From Bugula neritina (taxonomy: Eukaryota; Animalia; Bryozoa), in NCBI GenBank assembly GCA_964035545.1, contig OZ037772.1:8106889-8170888 (forward strand): a DNA stretch of 64,000 nt, in the 5' to 3' direction. Within the stretch, counting starts at the first letter, position 1. Each line of letters starts with the position of its first letter. The position numbers were made by a program, and so were the translations under genes. The notes beneath the pieces were generated by a model. It searched no databases and had not been told where the DNA came from. It saw only the letters and a program-made list of their open reading frames with translations. This document shows positions 33,743 through 48,000 of the stretch, piece by piece.

Positions 33743-34834
33743 TGGTATTCTTCATTGCACACTGGTGTTCTGGCTAATCATATTAGTCATTTAATTTCAT
33801 AGTCAGAATAAATTCAGCATGATTGTGATTCTAAATAAAACTGTGAAATGACAACTCCTCATTGAAGGAGGAGCTACTTGATATAATATTTTAATTTAAT
33901 CATATTATCATGTCTATAAGTTGACTTTGAAACTATAAATGATGTATTTTCAATTATTGATGTTAATTTATGCAATATAATCATTTTAGTTTTATTGTAA
34001 GTACTTTTTAGAAATTTAATATATGATTAAAACATTAGATTGCTTTCTTGTAAATTTGAACTAAAAATCTTGTTGGAATCTGTGCCTAGAAGTTGAGGCA
34101 AAATTTTGCATTAGATTTTTGTAATTTTGAGTTCAATCAATCTGTCAACAGTCACTTTAATGTGTTGAAGCTCGGCCTAAAAATCACACGAATTATGTAA
34201 CGCGCACCTCTCCACAAAGCACGTGTGACACACTGTCAACATAACTAATCAAGCTTAAGCTCTGGTATCTGATTGGCTGCTTAAAGCATGCGCTCAGCCA
34301 GACGTTTCATGAATGAAATGACAGTGTCATTGTCTGCAAGGTGCTTGGTTGTACGAGGTGTTGACATTGTCTGACAACTGTGGACACTTGCTCACTCCTG
34401 CCAGGTGCGTAGTTTCAATTTGAATATAAATATTTCTGTGCTTTGAATCCATGTATTTCTAAAGATGGTTTTTCATTTTTCTATATTATAGAAGTGGCAC
34501 TAAGTGTTAAGCTATGAAACTTGGGGGTTAATGCCAGCTGTCCAGTAATAGCATAATTTTAACTAAAGATGTAGACTGTTCATATAAATATTGCTTACAC
34601 TTGCATCATGCAGAAACTTAATATTACTTTAATATTTCTTTTAATCTGTTCATAACTTTCAGAATTTTGATGAAACTATGAAATAAGATTGTTTGACACA
34701 CAATCTAATATTCCTACTAATATTTACTCTGATTTTACACACACAGACACACGCGCGCACGCACACACACACAAAAATTCATATATATAAAAGAAGTCAT
34801 AATGTTAAACAATACATGTGTAACTACTTTCAGT

Positions 34835-35053
34835 ATGACCAAACTTTGGCTTACAATCTTGTCCTGCTGTCTATTCTTTGGAGTGACATCTGCTGGCTTA
34901 CTTCCTGCCCAAAGGTCATCCAATGAAAACACAGGCGTGGTTGGTGGTGTTCGTCCAGTCATCTTCATGCACGGTATATTCGGGACAGGAAATGAAGTGA
35001 ACTTTGCACAAGAGTATCTCCCGAAGGTAGTTATAACATGTTGTGATACAAAA

Positions 35054-35145
<92 letters not shown>

Positions 35146-38100
35146 AAAAATCTCACACGACATATATTGTTCACAGTATATGCCAAGTGTCTTTAATATT
35201 TAAACTATTAATGTAGCTAAATTTGTTTAAAGTTTTACCTCTATATTTCTATAATATATTTATAAACTATATTATTGTGGCAACCACATCTTCTCTGTAG
35301 TTTTACCCTGGAATTAAGATCTACTATCTCCGAATGTTCAATGGCTTAGAGAGTGCTGAAGACCTGGGTGTTCAAATGAAGCGCATTCTGCCAGCTATGC
35401 AAGAGGTAATATCTAAAGAAATCTACACTATCTCTGCACTAAATAACTTAGTTTGTTCCGTGGTAGGGTATGGCCCCATATTCAGTATGGTGTGACTGTG
35501 GCATCCTTATCACAGCTGCATGAAAGCATTACGTGTTGTCTGCAAGGGTTGAGCTGTACAGTGGTTTCCTATAGGACAGACAGGTGCTGCTTCTCACAGA
35601 CTACCTCCCTATCACCTGCTTGGCCTGCCATACTATGAACAGACTACCTTCCTATCACCTGCTTGGCCTGCCATACTATGACATCCAATTATAGCTAGGT
35701 TTATCAATGGTTAGATGTAGGGTATACATATGAGGTATAAAAGGGCTTGATTTTTATTTAAACTATACTATATTTATATTATATTGCAGGTTTAAGTGTT
35801 ATAAACTTTTATGTTTGTAGCCAAGTATAGCCAAATAGCCAAATATGTGTTTTCGCTTCATTAGCAATCATCAAAAAGAGGTTTTCTTTAAATCCATTTT
35901 GATGATCATGGTATACCTACAATATATTTTATGTACTTTTAAACTTAAAACACATAATTATAGTAAACAAATTGAAGCTAATGTAATTATTATGGTTTCA
36001 AATTTTATTCCATTGCATATTCATTTGGAATTCCCATGTATTATCTAACACCTGCTATTTGGAATTCCCGTTTGACTGCTATACAGATAATGGACAATCA
36101 CACAGACACTGGAGTTACCCTACTCTGTTACTCTCAAGGAGGTGTTATCTGCAGAGGAGTGGTCCAGATGTTATCCACACACAATGTGCACACTTTCATA
36201 GCCTTAAGTTCTCCACTTGCAGGGCAGTTTGGGGTTACTGGCTTTGTTCAACATTTTACCGGATTAATGAACAGGGACTCATTATGGGAGTGAGTAATAG
36301 CCCAGCCTTACTAAATTACTTACATCTGTAAAGATCCTGTGCTAAAACATGTTCATTTCACATTTGCTAGAGCTAGCCTTAGTTATACACTCTTTTATAT
36401 TGTCTAGGTTCTGGTACTCTGAGTTGGGGAGGTGGATATCTGTGGGAGACTACTGGAATGACCCTCATCACCAGGGGGAGTTTTCTGACCCTTCCAAGGA
36501 CATCTTCTTAGCCAGACTCAACAATCAGACTGGCCATTCTCAAAGTCAAGGTTAGTTGAACTATAGTTTGGTATAAGATTCACAATGAATCTCGAACTAC
36601 AACAACTATATTGATACGTATTAGCACTAGACATGTGGTTTAGTGTTTATAGTTGTCTATAGTCATAGTTACTTTTAGTAATAGTTATACTTATAGTTAC
36701 AGATATTTATAGTCATAGTCACTTGGACTCAATCAATCCTGTTAACTAGATATGTGACGTATGATAAACACACAGAGACAGAGTTGAACTGGATATGCTG
36801 TCATATGTCTTATTTTGAGTACATTTTAGTTCTTGTCTTCTCTTCACTCACTATTTATACTATGAAGAAAACATCATGTCATCTGCTAGTTAAAAACAAC
36901 ATCTACTAGCTAAGCAGTGCCAAGAGAGACTTTATTACCTACACAACCAGGACAGCCCTATATATAGGGAAGACTCCACACTGCTTTTACCTCCCCAGTA
37001 GCATGTTGTTCTCATCATACTGTAACATGTAGTCTAATTATTACATAACAGTACCAGCAGCAGTACAGATATATTGACAGCATCTTGTAGCCGGTTAGTT
37101 GTATATGATTGTCAGCTAGTTGGGCAGAACTTAATTAATAAATATTACTTGAAGAGTACAAGAAGAACTTCCTGAAACTAGAGAGACTGGTGATGATTGG
37201 TGGACCTGATGACACAGTGATTACACCTTGGCAAAGTGCCCAACTCGGATTCTATAACCAGAATGAGACAGTCCTGCCCTTTGAGAAGCAGCCTGTAAGT
37301 TATATGCAGTTACTTGGAGTTGTGTGCTCTTGAGAGGTCATATATCTTATTCAATATTGACCTGCAGTAGATACTGTCTGGTTCTTGTGTAGTTACTTAT
37401 TCTCACCCATTAAACTATAACTCGTATAGAAGTATCAGTCCATTGATCTCACCCCTATTACGATATATTACATGCGGTTACTTGGAGTTGTGTGCTCTTG
37501 AGAGGTCATATATCTTTATTCAATATTGACCTGCAGTGGATACTGTCTGGTTCTTGTGTAGTTACTTATTCTCACCTCTATTATAATATATATTATTATA
37601 CACTGTTATTTGGAGTTGTGTGCACATGAGCGGTTGTATATCGTACTCAATAATGACCTGGTATGGTTCTTGTGTAGTTACTTAGTCACCAAGGCCTTAA
37701 GGAACGGGTTTCTGTACAGACTGCTAGCAAAATCTTTAGACATGGGTCATTTTACTTAATTTAGTACACACTGGATATCTTCAGTTTTTAGCTATTTTTC
37801 ACAATTTAACTGCTAATGGACATGGTGGGTTTTTTGGCCAAAACTAGTAAAACACCAATAAATACACCTAATTAAAGCTCTTTTTAATTTTGCTTCATTT
37901 TCCATGTTTTTTTTTAATTATTCAGCTACTTTTGGTTGTGGACCGTTACGGTTTTTTCGTAACGGTCCGCACTCCTAATAAGCTAAATATATAAAAAAAA
38001 CATGGGAAATCAAGCAAAATTAAGAAGAACCTTAATTGTTTCGGTATATTTATTGGTGTTTTACTAGTTTTGGGCAAAAAGTCATGTTCATTACCAGCTA

Positions 38101-38792
38101 AATTGTGAAAAATAGCTAAAACTGAAGATCTCCAGTGTATACTAAATCAAGTAAAATGATCCACAAGCAGAAATTTAGTCTGTTTTGTGCTGATTTTGTG
38201 CTCACTACTATCTTGTTCAAATATATTTGACCAAATTCTACCTGTATAGCCAAAAGCTACAGATCGAGCCACATCTATCCAGTACTCAGACTTAGTGTAA
38301 ACTGCGTGATCACCAAGTTATTTATTGACTAATTTACTGCTTTGTTGTACACATGTAACATTGTACTGCTTTCATGATGTTTATAACCCACTGAACTATT
38401 GAACTGTTGAACATTGGCATATCAATTAATATACTGACTTGCAGGTTAGCTGCTAGAGAACTTGAGAATAATTAGTCTAAACTCTAAACAGCATGCTTTA
38501 TGAGCCAATAATTTAACTGGCCTGAGGTTATTGGCACATATTGATTATTATAAAAGCATATTGTAATGTTATAAACAATATCTATAATGTCTATAAAGTT
38601 GCAAAGCTCAAGATATTATAAGTTTAAATTCTGTATAAATATTTACAGTGGTATGAAAGAGATGAGTTTGGTTTACGTTCTCTTCACAAAAGAGGTAGGA
38701 TTGTGAGACACACACACCCTGGTGTACATCACACACAATGGTATAAAACCCCTGAAGTGTTTGATAAGTACATTATACCTTATTTGCAATAA
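34835..38792 (+). CDS. PPT2: Lysosomal thioesterase PPT2, paralog A. Exons: 34835-35026, 35301-35405, 36087-36289, 36408-36550, 37155-37294, 38649-38792
   Basis: Signal peptide, RPVIFMHGIFG, nucleophile motif [40 protein letters not shown] and HPGVHHTQW. Confidence 0.92.
35056..35142. repeat. (TA)n microsatellite
   Basis: Directly visible. Confidence 0.98.
37743..38163. mobile_element. Long foldback palindrome (about 200-bp imperfect arms, short loop near 37955) in PPT2-A intron 5
   Basis: Centre GGACCGTTACG-GTTTTTT-CGTAACGGTCC; the arms pair out to GGTCATTTTACTT and AAGTAAAATGATC. Confidence 0.85.
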
Positions 38793-40586
38793 AATACAAG
38801 GTAGCACAACTCTTATAATTTGTAAATATTGTGTATATAACCATTTCTATTTTAAATACAGGTAAAAAATAAATCAATGTTTATTCTAAATGTAATTTAT
38901 AAACATAGAGTGTAGACTAGCTGCTGAAGGTAACATGCACTATGTATCAATATTGGGTGATAGTTGCATGCAAAATGCTTTTACACTCTGAAGGGGTATT
39001 GCATTAAGCTGCCATCTGTTATTTTCAGTCAAATTCATTACATGGTAGTTATAAGTTAGTTTATTACAGTAGATAAGCTTTTAAGAAGTTGTCTTCTATC
39101 AAATAAAAAGCATGAACAGCCATACCAACACGTATGGCCAATTTTAGTGCTAATGCACCTATATGCAACTTGCACAAGGTGCATTTTGGACTTTCACAAT
39201 TTTCAGTCAACAATTCAATTAGACTAAAATTAATATAACGCTTGCGTCTATTTCTTATTCATGACAAAACTTATGGTTTTGCAAATACTATTGAACATAC
39301 AGACTCATCTATGTCAAAATTATACAATGCTTACACCATACATGACAAAACAAAGAGTTGAGTTAAACCATAAAATATTGTAGTCCAGTGAAAGTCGCTT
39401 TTAAATGTATTCAACAGACAGTCAGTGAACAATGAGTGAATAATATAATAATAATATATAGTTGTATGAATATTTTATTCCAAAAAAACTAATACAAAAC
39501 CAAAAGTATAAAGTTGTAAAAATAACTGTTCACCAGTTATGTTATGCCACAATTCTGGAGTAAATACAGACATGGGGAAGACAAATCTGTGTAAATATTA
39601 TGGTCAGCTATTGCTGAATGGCATCGGTTTGCTACAAAATATACTGAGTTTGATAGTAAATTACAATTGTTATACCAACATAACTATTATTGCTGATGAG
39701 TAGCTGAAGAATTAGACTAACATTAAATTTTTGTTGAAATAAACTGTGGCAGTAACATAATATAATATATATAATATTTATATCATAATAGATATTATAT
39801 ATGTATAATATAATATGTATTACATGTTTAATATCATATTTATTACATATGTATAATATAATATGTATTACATGTATATTATCATATTTATTAAATATGT
39901 ATAATATAATATGTATTACATGTATATTATAAAATATATCACACATACAATATAATATAAATCACATGTATAATGTAATAACATGTAACATATATTGTAT
40001 GTACACTATAATACATATAACATCTACAATATAGTATATCATAGACATGCAAAACATAATATATCAAACCAAAATGAAAGAATGAAAATGCACCTGATTG
40101 AATCTATAGAAAAGTAGCACTGAATAAAATGATTTTTGAGGCTACAAAATAACCCAGTTATGTGACATGGCACGTGTATTGCATTGCATTGTGGAGAAAT
40201 AATTTCCTAAACAAGAAATCATCTAGTAGAAATAGCTGCCGTATGACTCATTCGATTAGGAAACAGTACAGAAATATAAGTGCACATTGGTCAGGGGTAT
40301 TTGAGCACCATCCAATGGAAGCAAGATTTACATAATGAAACCAGGTTTTATCCAATGAAGACAAGTTTTTAAAAGACTGACTGTAACATATTAAAGTAAA
40401 GGGGCGGGTGGAGGATGCCCATACTGAAAAAACTAATGAATGGTGTGCACAGATAACCTTATCACTGTAATTCCAAATTTATGAATCAATTACAACCTTA
40501 TGACTTATATAAGTCCATGGACTATAACTCTACAGTTGGTATAAATATATGGCCTAAATTTTTATCTAACATAATATATAAAATGC

Positions 40587-43500
40587 CTATGAAATATAGG
40601 GGATGACACAGCAGTCGAACACTTTCTGATTTCTGTACCAGTAGACGTGGTTCACCCCAGCCACTGTGTGACGGACCACCTTGTTAGCTTCATTCAGTGT
40701 TCTCAATCCAAACTCATCAGAACTGTACCACTGCAATATCAAACAGTACTTTGGAGTCTAACATGACTACAACTAAAAGCGAATTAATAATATCACATAG
40801 ATAATACAATAATAATAAATGTAACATGGTTACAATAGAAGGTATTATAGTTGGAGAGCAGTGGTTAGAGTGATGGCCTAGTAAACACAAGCAGTGATAT
40901 TAGGAAGAGCATTCAGCCATAATTGCTCTTGTGCCTCATTGAAACAAGTCCTTAGCCAATTTAACAAAAAACCCTTTCCATCAGGGTTTCTCTCACAGGG
41001 ATAGTGACTATAAACTTGAGTGAGTTTTTAATGATATTCTAATTGGAATGATATGCTAATACCACAATAGACAGTATTATTAGTGGAATTAATTTTTACA
41101 ACAATAAATTATTCTCATTTTATTACAATATAATTAACTATCAGATAAGAATAACAATAATATTATTAATATAAAACAATACAATTATTGTAATATAGAA
41201 ATGGTTGACATTGAGTGGCACCAGAAACAATGCTAACATACTTGACTAGTGGAAACAGGTGCTCAAAGCTAAATTTGACAGTTCAACCAGTTTATGTTTG
41301 AACTTTGAGTTTATTAACAAACACTCTAAGTGGGTTTTACATGGCAGTATCAGGTATAGGAAGTCATCAAATGAACACACAACTCCAAGTAACCGCATAT
41401 AATATGTCGTAATAGGGGTGAGATCAATGGACTGATACTTCTATACGGGTTATAGTTTAATGGGTGAGAATAAGTAACTACACAAGAACCAGACAGTATC
41501 TACTGCAGGTCAATATTGAACACGATATACGACCTCTCATGTGCACACAACTCCAAGTAACTGCATACAACTCACAGGCTGCTTCTCAAAGGGCAGGACT
41601 GTCTCATTCTGGTTATAGAATCCGAGTTGGGCACTTTGCCAAGGTGTAATCACTGTGTCATCAGGTCCACCAATCATCACCAGTCTCTCTAGTTTCAGGA
41701 AGTTCTTCTTGTACTCTTCAAGTAATATTTATTAATTAAGTTCTGCCCAACTAACTGACAATCATATACAACAGATTACAAGATGCTGTCAATGTATCTG
41801 TACTGCTGCTGGTACTGTTATGTAATACTTAGACTACATGTTACAGTATGATGAGAACAACATGCTACTAGGGAGGTATAAGCAGTGTGGAGTCTTCCCT
41901 TTTTATAGGGTTGTCCTGGTTGTGTAGTGAATAAAGTCTTCACACTGCTCAGCTAGTAGATGTTGTTTAAACTAGCAGATAACATGATGTTTCCTTCATA
42001 GTATAAATAAAGTGAGTGAAGAGAAGAAAGGAACTAAAATGCACTCGAAATAAGACATGTGACAGCATATCCAGCCCAACTCTGTTTCTGTGTATCTATT
42101 ATACATCACATATCTAGTAAACAGGATATGATGTCATACATCACATGTCTAGTAAACGGGATATGGTGTCATACATCACATGTCTAGTAAACAGGATATG
42201 AGGTTATCATAGCGTGTAATGAGCTGTTCATTATGAAATACTTAGCTGAAACTAAAACTATTACAGTGGATGCTATGACTGACTATATTCAACATCAGTG
42301 ACTCTGACTACGAGTAACTATGACTACTAGTAACTATGACTACAAGTAACTGTGGCTATGAGTAACTGTGACTACAGTAACTATGGCTATGAGTAACTGT
42401 GACTACAGTAACTATGACTATGAGTAACTGTAACTATGAGTAACTGTGACTATAGTAACTATGACTATGAGTAACTATGACTACAGTAACTGTGACTACA
42501 GTAACTATGACTAGGAGTAACTATGACTACGAGTAACTGTGACTACAGTAACTATGACTATGAGTAACTATGACTATGAGTAACTGTGACTACAGTAACT
42601 GTGACTATGAGTAACTATGACTACAGTAAATGTGACTACAGTAACTATGACTACAGTAACTGTGACTACAGTAACTACGACTCACCGACACTGTTAGGAT
42701 GTCCTGTTTGATTATTTAGTCGAGCGATCAGAACGTCTGTCTTATTGTCGGAGAACGCCTCCTGGTGGTGGGGGTCGTTCCAGTAGTCACCAATAGAGAT
42801 GTCTTGTCCAATGTCCGAGTACCAGAACCTTCAAGTGACACAAGTACAGAGTGAGAAGCTGTTGGGAGACAGTACAGTCACACTGTACTCAGCCACCTCC
42901 AACTCGGTGCTGCTTTTAGCGATATTCAAGGAGACAATGTGAAGCTACTCAAAGATTGCGCTGCTTCAGGTTGGGGGTGACCGAGTACAGTATTTTTATA
43001 CACATTGTTGTCCAAACTTCAAAACCCCAACTCAAAACTCAAGACCCCATAACCACTGCACTCGGTGGCTTTGGGGTCTTGAGTTTTGAGTTCAACACTG
43101 ATATGTATAAAAACACTGTACTCAATCACCCCCAACTCTGTGCTGCTTCTAGCAATATTCCAGTTACTCACTCCCACAGATAGCGACGATCTTTGTTAGG
43201 TACAAAAGGGGACATATAGCTTGTCACCCCGTACTGGCCGTCGAGTGGAGAACTCAGGGTTATGAAAGTGTGCACGTTGTGTGTAGATAACATCTGGACC
43301 ACTCCTCTGCAGATAACACCTCCTTGAGAGTAACAGAGGAGGGTAACTCCAGTGTCTGTGTGATTGTCCATTATCTGTATAGAAATCAGGAAGTCTAAAT
43401 CTTTAGTAGTAGGGAATACTAATCAAAAATATATTAGAGAAAACAAATTAATTCACCATTTAATCTATACAGTAATATGCTTAAGAGTTAGACTACATAG

Positions 43501-44394
43501 CAGTTCAATAAATCAAATCAGCACAGCTCTACCCTGAGACACACACAGTGCTCCCCCATATCTCATTAAACTGTGGGTCTTGAGAAAAATAGTAGAATAC
43601 CAGATTTAACTCACAGATGCAATAAATTCAGCCATTTTGTTCTATAGTTAAGCCACAAAAAGGGGTTCAGGCACTTCTCATGACCTTTGGAAGTTCGTGA
43701 GAAATGTAACGGTGAGATACAGAGGGAGCACTATATATTACAAATAAACAAGCACTGGCACAGCTCTAATCTGACCTACATGATACCTAGGGTATTTAGT
43801 ACCTTCTGCATGGCAGGCATGATATACTTCAGCTGGTAATCCAGGTTCAGTGCACTTTCTGCTCCATCGAACATGTCCAGAGCGTATACCACGGCCCCTG
43901 GCACCACCTATAGACACAAAGCAATTAATACACTAATAAGAAGAGCGAAATATGGGCATATCTTATGAAAATTGCATAGTTTTGAGCTTTTATTTATGTT
44001 TACAATTGATCGTAAAACTATAGAAAAAGCAAACTGAGAAGAACTCAGAAATTTCCAAATACTTCAATGCCGGACAAAGATATAAAATGCATGAAAATGG
44101 TTGATTAAATAAAATTCGAGAAAACAGAAACAGCCAAAGCCAACTTACACTTGGTATGTATTGACAAGCAAAGTTCTTTTCATCTGCTTTCCCAAATATT
44201 CCATGCATGTATATGATTGGTCTAACTTTAGTGTCCGCATTGCTGATTGGTGGAATCCTGTCTTTCAAACCCTTTGCATACACATCAACTTTAGGAAGTT
44301 TGTTAAGAGGTGACAAGTCACGCATGTGCTTGCAATCAACACTCAGAGAAAGTGACAAGATAAAGCAGGTGCTAAATGTGAGCCAGGTCCCCAT
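40587..44394 (-). CDS. PPT2: Lysosomal thioesterase PPT2, paralog B. Exons: 44394-44149, 43907-43803, 43374-43172, 42828-42686, 41715-41576, 40730-40587
   Basis: Exons 2-6 have the same sizes as in paralog A (105, 203, 143, 140, 144 nt). Motifs [37 protein letters not shown] and AGVNHVYW; ORF intact. Confidence 0.92.
40853..41028 (+). mobile_element. tRNA-derived SINE, internally deleted copy
   Basis: TTAGGAAGAGCATTCAGCCATAATTGCTC core and the family tail. Confidence 0.85.
42305..42683. repeat. About 17-18-bp minisatellite (GTAACTATGACTACA/ATGA) abutting a PPT2-B donor site
   Basis: Directly visible; begins at the GT of the minus-strand intron. Confidence 0.93.
42970..43137. mobile_element. 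Foldback/MITE-like hairpin in PPT2-B intron 3
   Basis: Outer arms GTTGGGGGTGACCGAGTACAG and CTGTACTCAATCACCCCCAAC; inner arms AACTCAAAACTCAAGACCCC and GGGGTCTTGAGTTTTGAGTT. Confidence 0.75.
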
Positions 44395-44956
44395 TCTTAC
44401 GGTATGTGACAACTACAACAAGTGATTGACATGTGCTGTAATCACATGACACACAAGTATTATATATAGCTATGTGGGCTGTGATTGGTTAGAGGTCAGA
44501 GTTCACATTTTTGGCAGGTAGACAACCACATAATAGATTAGGTTATACAATAAGTAATCAACTTTTAGATAAGGCTATGATGGTAAATGTATTATTAGGG
44601 AGTGCAATGTGCGTGCTTTGAGGATGATAGAATACTTTTGGTGCACTTCCTTGTTTTTATTGAGTGTCAGTTGTACATCAAATGGCGATAAAATGTTTTA
44701 TTACTCATATAGGATAATGTAATTCTAGTTTGGCTTTTATTACAGCCAATCCTGTGTGAAAATGGCTTTAGTTTATTCGTGCTCTTATCAGGAAATGATC
44801 CTGCCCGATAACACATACTGTCACATTGCATGCCTTGTGACGACAGCTGGCACGTTTACTCAAGTGCTGTGCAAGTAGTTGGAGGCATCTTACTAATCAA
44901 AAATTAGGAGGTGTGACTATTTGAAAACAAAATAGCAGATCTTTTGTAAAATAATT

Positions 44957-45021
44957 GCCCCCACTGGGAATCCCCGAGTCCTCTGGTTCGATTGTGTGCT
45001 ACCATTACACCACGGGAGCCA
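44957..45021 (-). pseudogene. Degenerate tRNA-like fragment (possible head of a second SINE family)
   Basis: Minus strand reads GGCTCCCGTGGTGTAATGGTAGCAC (A box); no complete cloverleaf. Confidence 0.35.
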
Positions 45022-48000
45022 CTGGGTAAACTCATCACTACATCTTTTAGTCAGTGAATCTCATTAAACCACTCAAAAGATCCTTTCCAAAACCCTGATA
45101 CTCAATTAACAATAAGAGTTGTTTTCTCCTATCAGGGCCTAGTTAGATCACAATAGAGAGCAAACTCATTAAAAAGTAAAAGTTTGACTGCTACATAAAA
45201 TCCCAACTATGCTATAGATATTTTGGTAAAGGTGCACATATTAGCAGGGTCTATACTTTCAAATGTTCAACTAAAGCAGGAACAAACTGTAGAAAACACT
45301 TTTAATGACTATCAATGCATCTATGGAACACATTTTCTACTTGCTATCAATTTATTCCTTGTTTCCTCAAGTCACACTGAAAACATACAATACTAATAGC
45401 TAACTTTGAATCTTAACTTTGTCTCTTTCATACAGAAGAACTATATTTCTAGAAAACTTGTTATTTACAAAACTAAAGATATAGTTGGGATAATTAATCA
45501 TTAAATAATTTATTAGATTAGAGGCTTGGTCTTTCAATTGAATAAAATAATTCGTTATTAAAAATTTTATCATCAAAAAAAAATAATTTGATGTTGAGGA
45601 TGAATGCTTTATTTTACAGATAAGACGACTTCTCATCTTGAAAATATTTTCTAGAAAGAAACTGTAACTCTGCCTTTGAAGGTTAAACTATAAAACTTTA
45701 TAACGCTTTAGAAACCTTAGCTGATAGCAATAAACCGGTAGTTATATGAGAGGTGATCCACAAGGACTAAAACCAAATACTGTGAGAAACTAGTTATATG
45801 AGAGGTAGGAGGGACAAAAGACACAGTTACACTACATTCATTTACTGATAACGTAATAATTATAAGCATCAAAGTTTTCTTAAAACTAATACACTACTTT
45901 ACAAACCATATTTTTTGTTGAACCATGAAATAAATAATCAACTTATGATAAAAAAAATAATAAAATCAAAACCGTTGGAATAAAGTTGAATAATAAATGA
46001 AATAATTTTAAAATTAAATTACAATATTAAGCAAACTTGGAAAGAGCAACAATGTTGATTATTAGCATATGGCCAGCTTTGTATGAAATGGACAGACATT
46101 TCAGAGTTGCAGCTTCTAGTAATTGGTTTCAAATGCTCAAATTATTTAAAGGTTTGTGCTTAAATTTGAATTCAAACAATTGTTTTTACATTACATAACA
46201 GTTTGCTATGATGTACATATTGTGAGTGATTTTGAGTGCAATAGTACAATGGAATTATTTGTATTTACTCTAGTTGTTCAACAGTTCATACCAGCTTGCA
46301 TCAAGTGTTACACCCATACCCCTAACGAACAACTAACCCATAGTTATAAAAAGAGCAGTGCATTTTGTAGTAGTAGCGTTCTACTAATGTAATTTATAAT
46401 GGCAACTCTTCTACAATAAGGATCTAGCTACACTGAAGCAAAATGTATAAAATATTAGAGTTGTGTGCCCTATTTAGTGGGTTAGAGTGCATCAGCAATA
46501 GAAAAGCAAAAGCTCAACAATAATATACTTGTATTTTGTATGTTCCTCTACTAGAAATGATTCAATAATATAGAAAGTCTTACTAGCTTAAACAATATTT
46601 CTAGTCCACTGAACAAATACTAAGTAACATACTAAATATATGCAATAAAGCTTTTTAAAGCTAGAATTACAATATTTCATACTAAATGAAAAAGGAATTG
46701 TATTTGTTTCTGTTTTTTTAACCACTGAGGGCTTTGCTGAGGAAAGGGCTAAAATCATTCACATCAACTTGATGCATTGCCTGTTGACAATTGGTATTTA
46801 AAGCTATCATACACTAACCAATTACTAGGTCTCATTGTCCAACTAATTATGAGGTTTCATTGTGAAGTTTACCATGTTGACATTAGCGCAGCAAATTTAA
46901 TAAGTGTCCAAATATGTGTTTAAATAATAGCACGTGTCTATAACATTACAATCATGTCTGAATTACATGGAAAGTGCCATGAATTAGTTGAATTCTACTG
47001 AAATAAACACAGCAAACAGCTTTGAAGTGAAACTAAGCAATAAGCAGCCATCATTTCCCTTACTCAATTAACAATATATCACATGTATCATCTAGTGTGT
47101 ATCAAAATTTACCTATGAGCATTTACCAGACACTAGTGATCACACTGAAATGACAATTCTGTTGCAGGTAACAATGACCTAATGTTCCTAATTTAACTTA
47201 CAGTATGAAAAGTGAGTGCGAGACTGAGACTACATCATTATGGTGTCATTATAATCAACTATATGATGATTAACATGTCCATGTGTCTTTGTCATACTCA
47301 TTGTGATAGTAAGTATTAGTAATAATCATAATGTTAATAATATTAGTAGAGTTATTAAATTCAATTAGGCTATAATAATTTTACATTTATTTCTCAAATT
47401 GAAATTCATAATAGCAATAGCAATATCATTATCAATTATCAACATGAATTATGAATGTGGTTATCTTATAGTAATTATAAATTTATCAAATAATTGCAAT
47501 TAATATTATTCATTTATTGCAATAAAATTATTAAATTTAATACTCATTCACATTGCTCATACTCAGTCATAATCACACTGAATCTGATACTGATGCTAAA
47601 TTTAAATAGCTAATATTAATAAACATAATTATATATTAATAGTTATAGTTTTATTCATAATAATATTACTTTTAATAATATTATTATTAATAATATTAAA
47701 TTTCAATAATAATATAAATATGAATGTTACTACTAGTACTACTACTACTAGTACTAGTACTACTACAAGTTGAGTACAAGTATACTGTATAGTACTAGAC
47801 GCTAAAACGAAAAGTAATAGTTCCAGTATTGAATTTACAACAAAGCATCCAATTAAGAATTTGCACTTAATTCGTTAAATTCAATCTCAACCAATTTTGT
47901 TGCAGTAATACTAAATATAATTTCCATACTAAATAGTAAATATTAATATAATTTCAGAAGAAATCATTAGATGCTGAGCATGATGTTGAAGTAGTATCTT

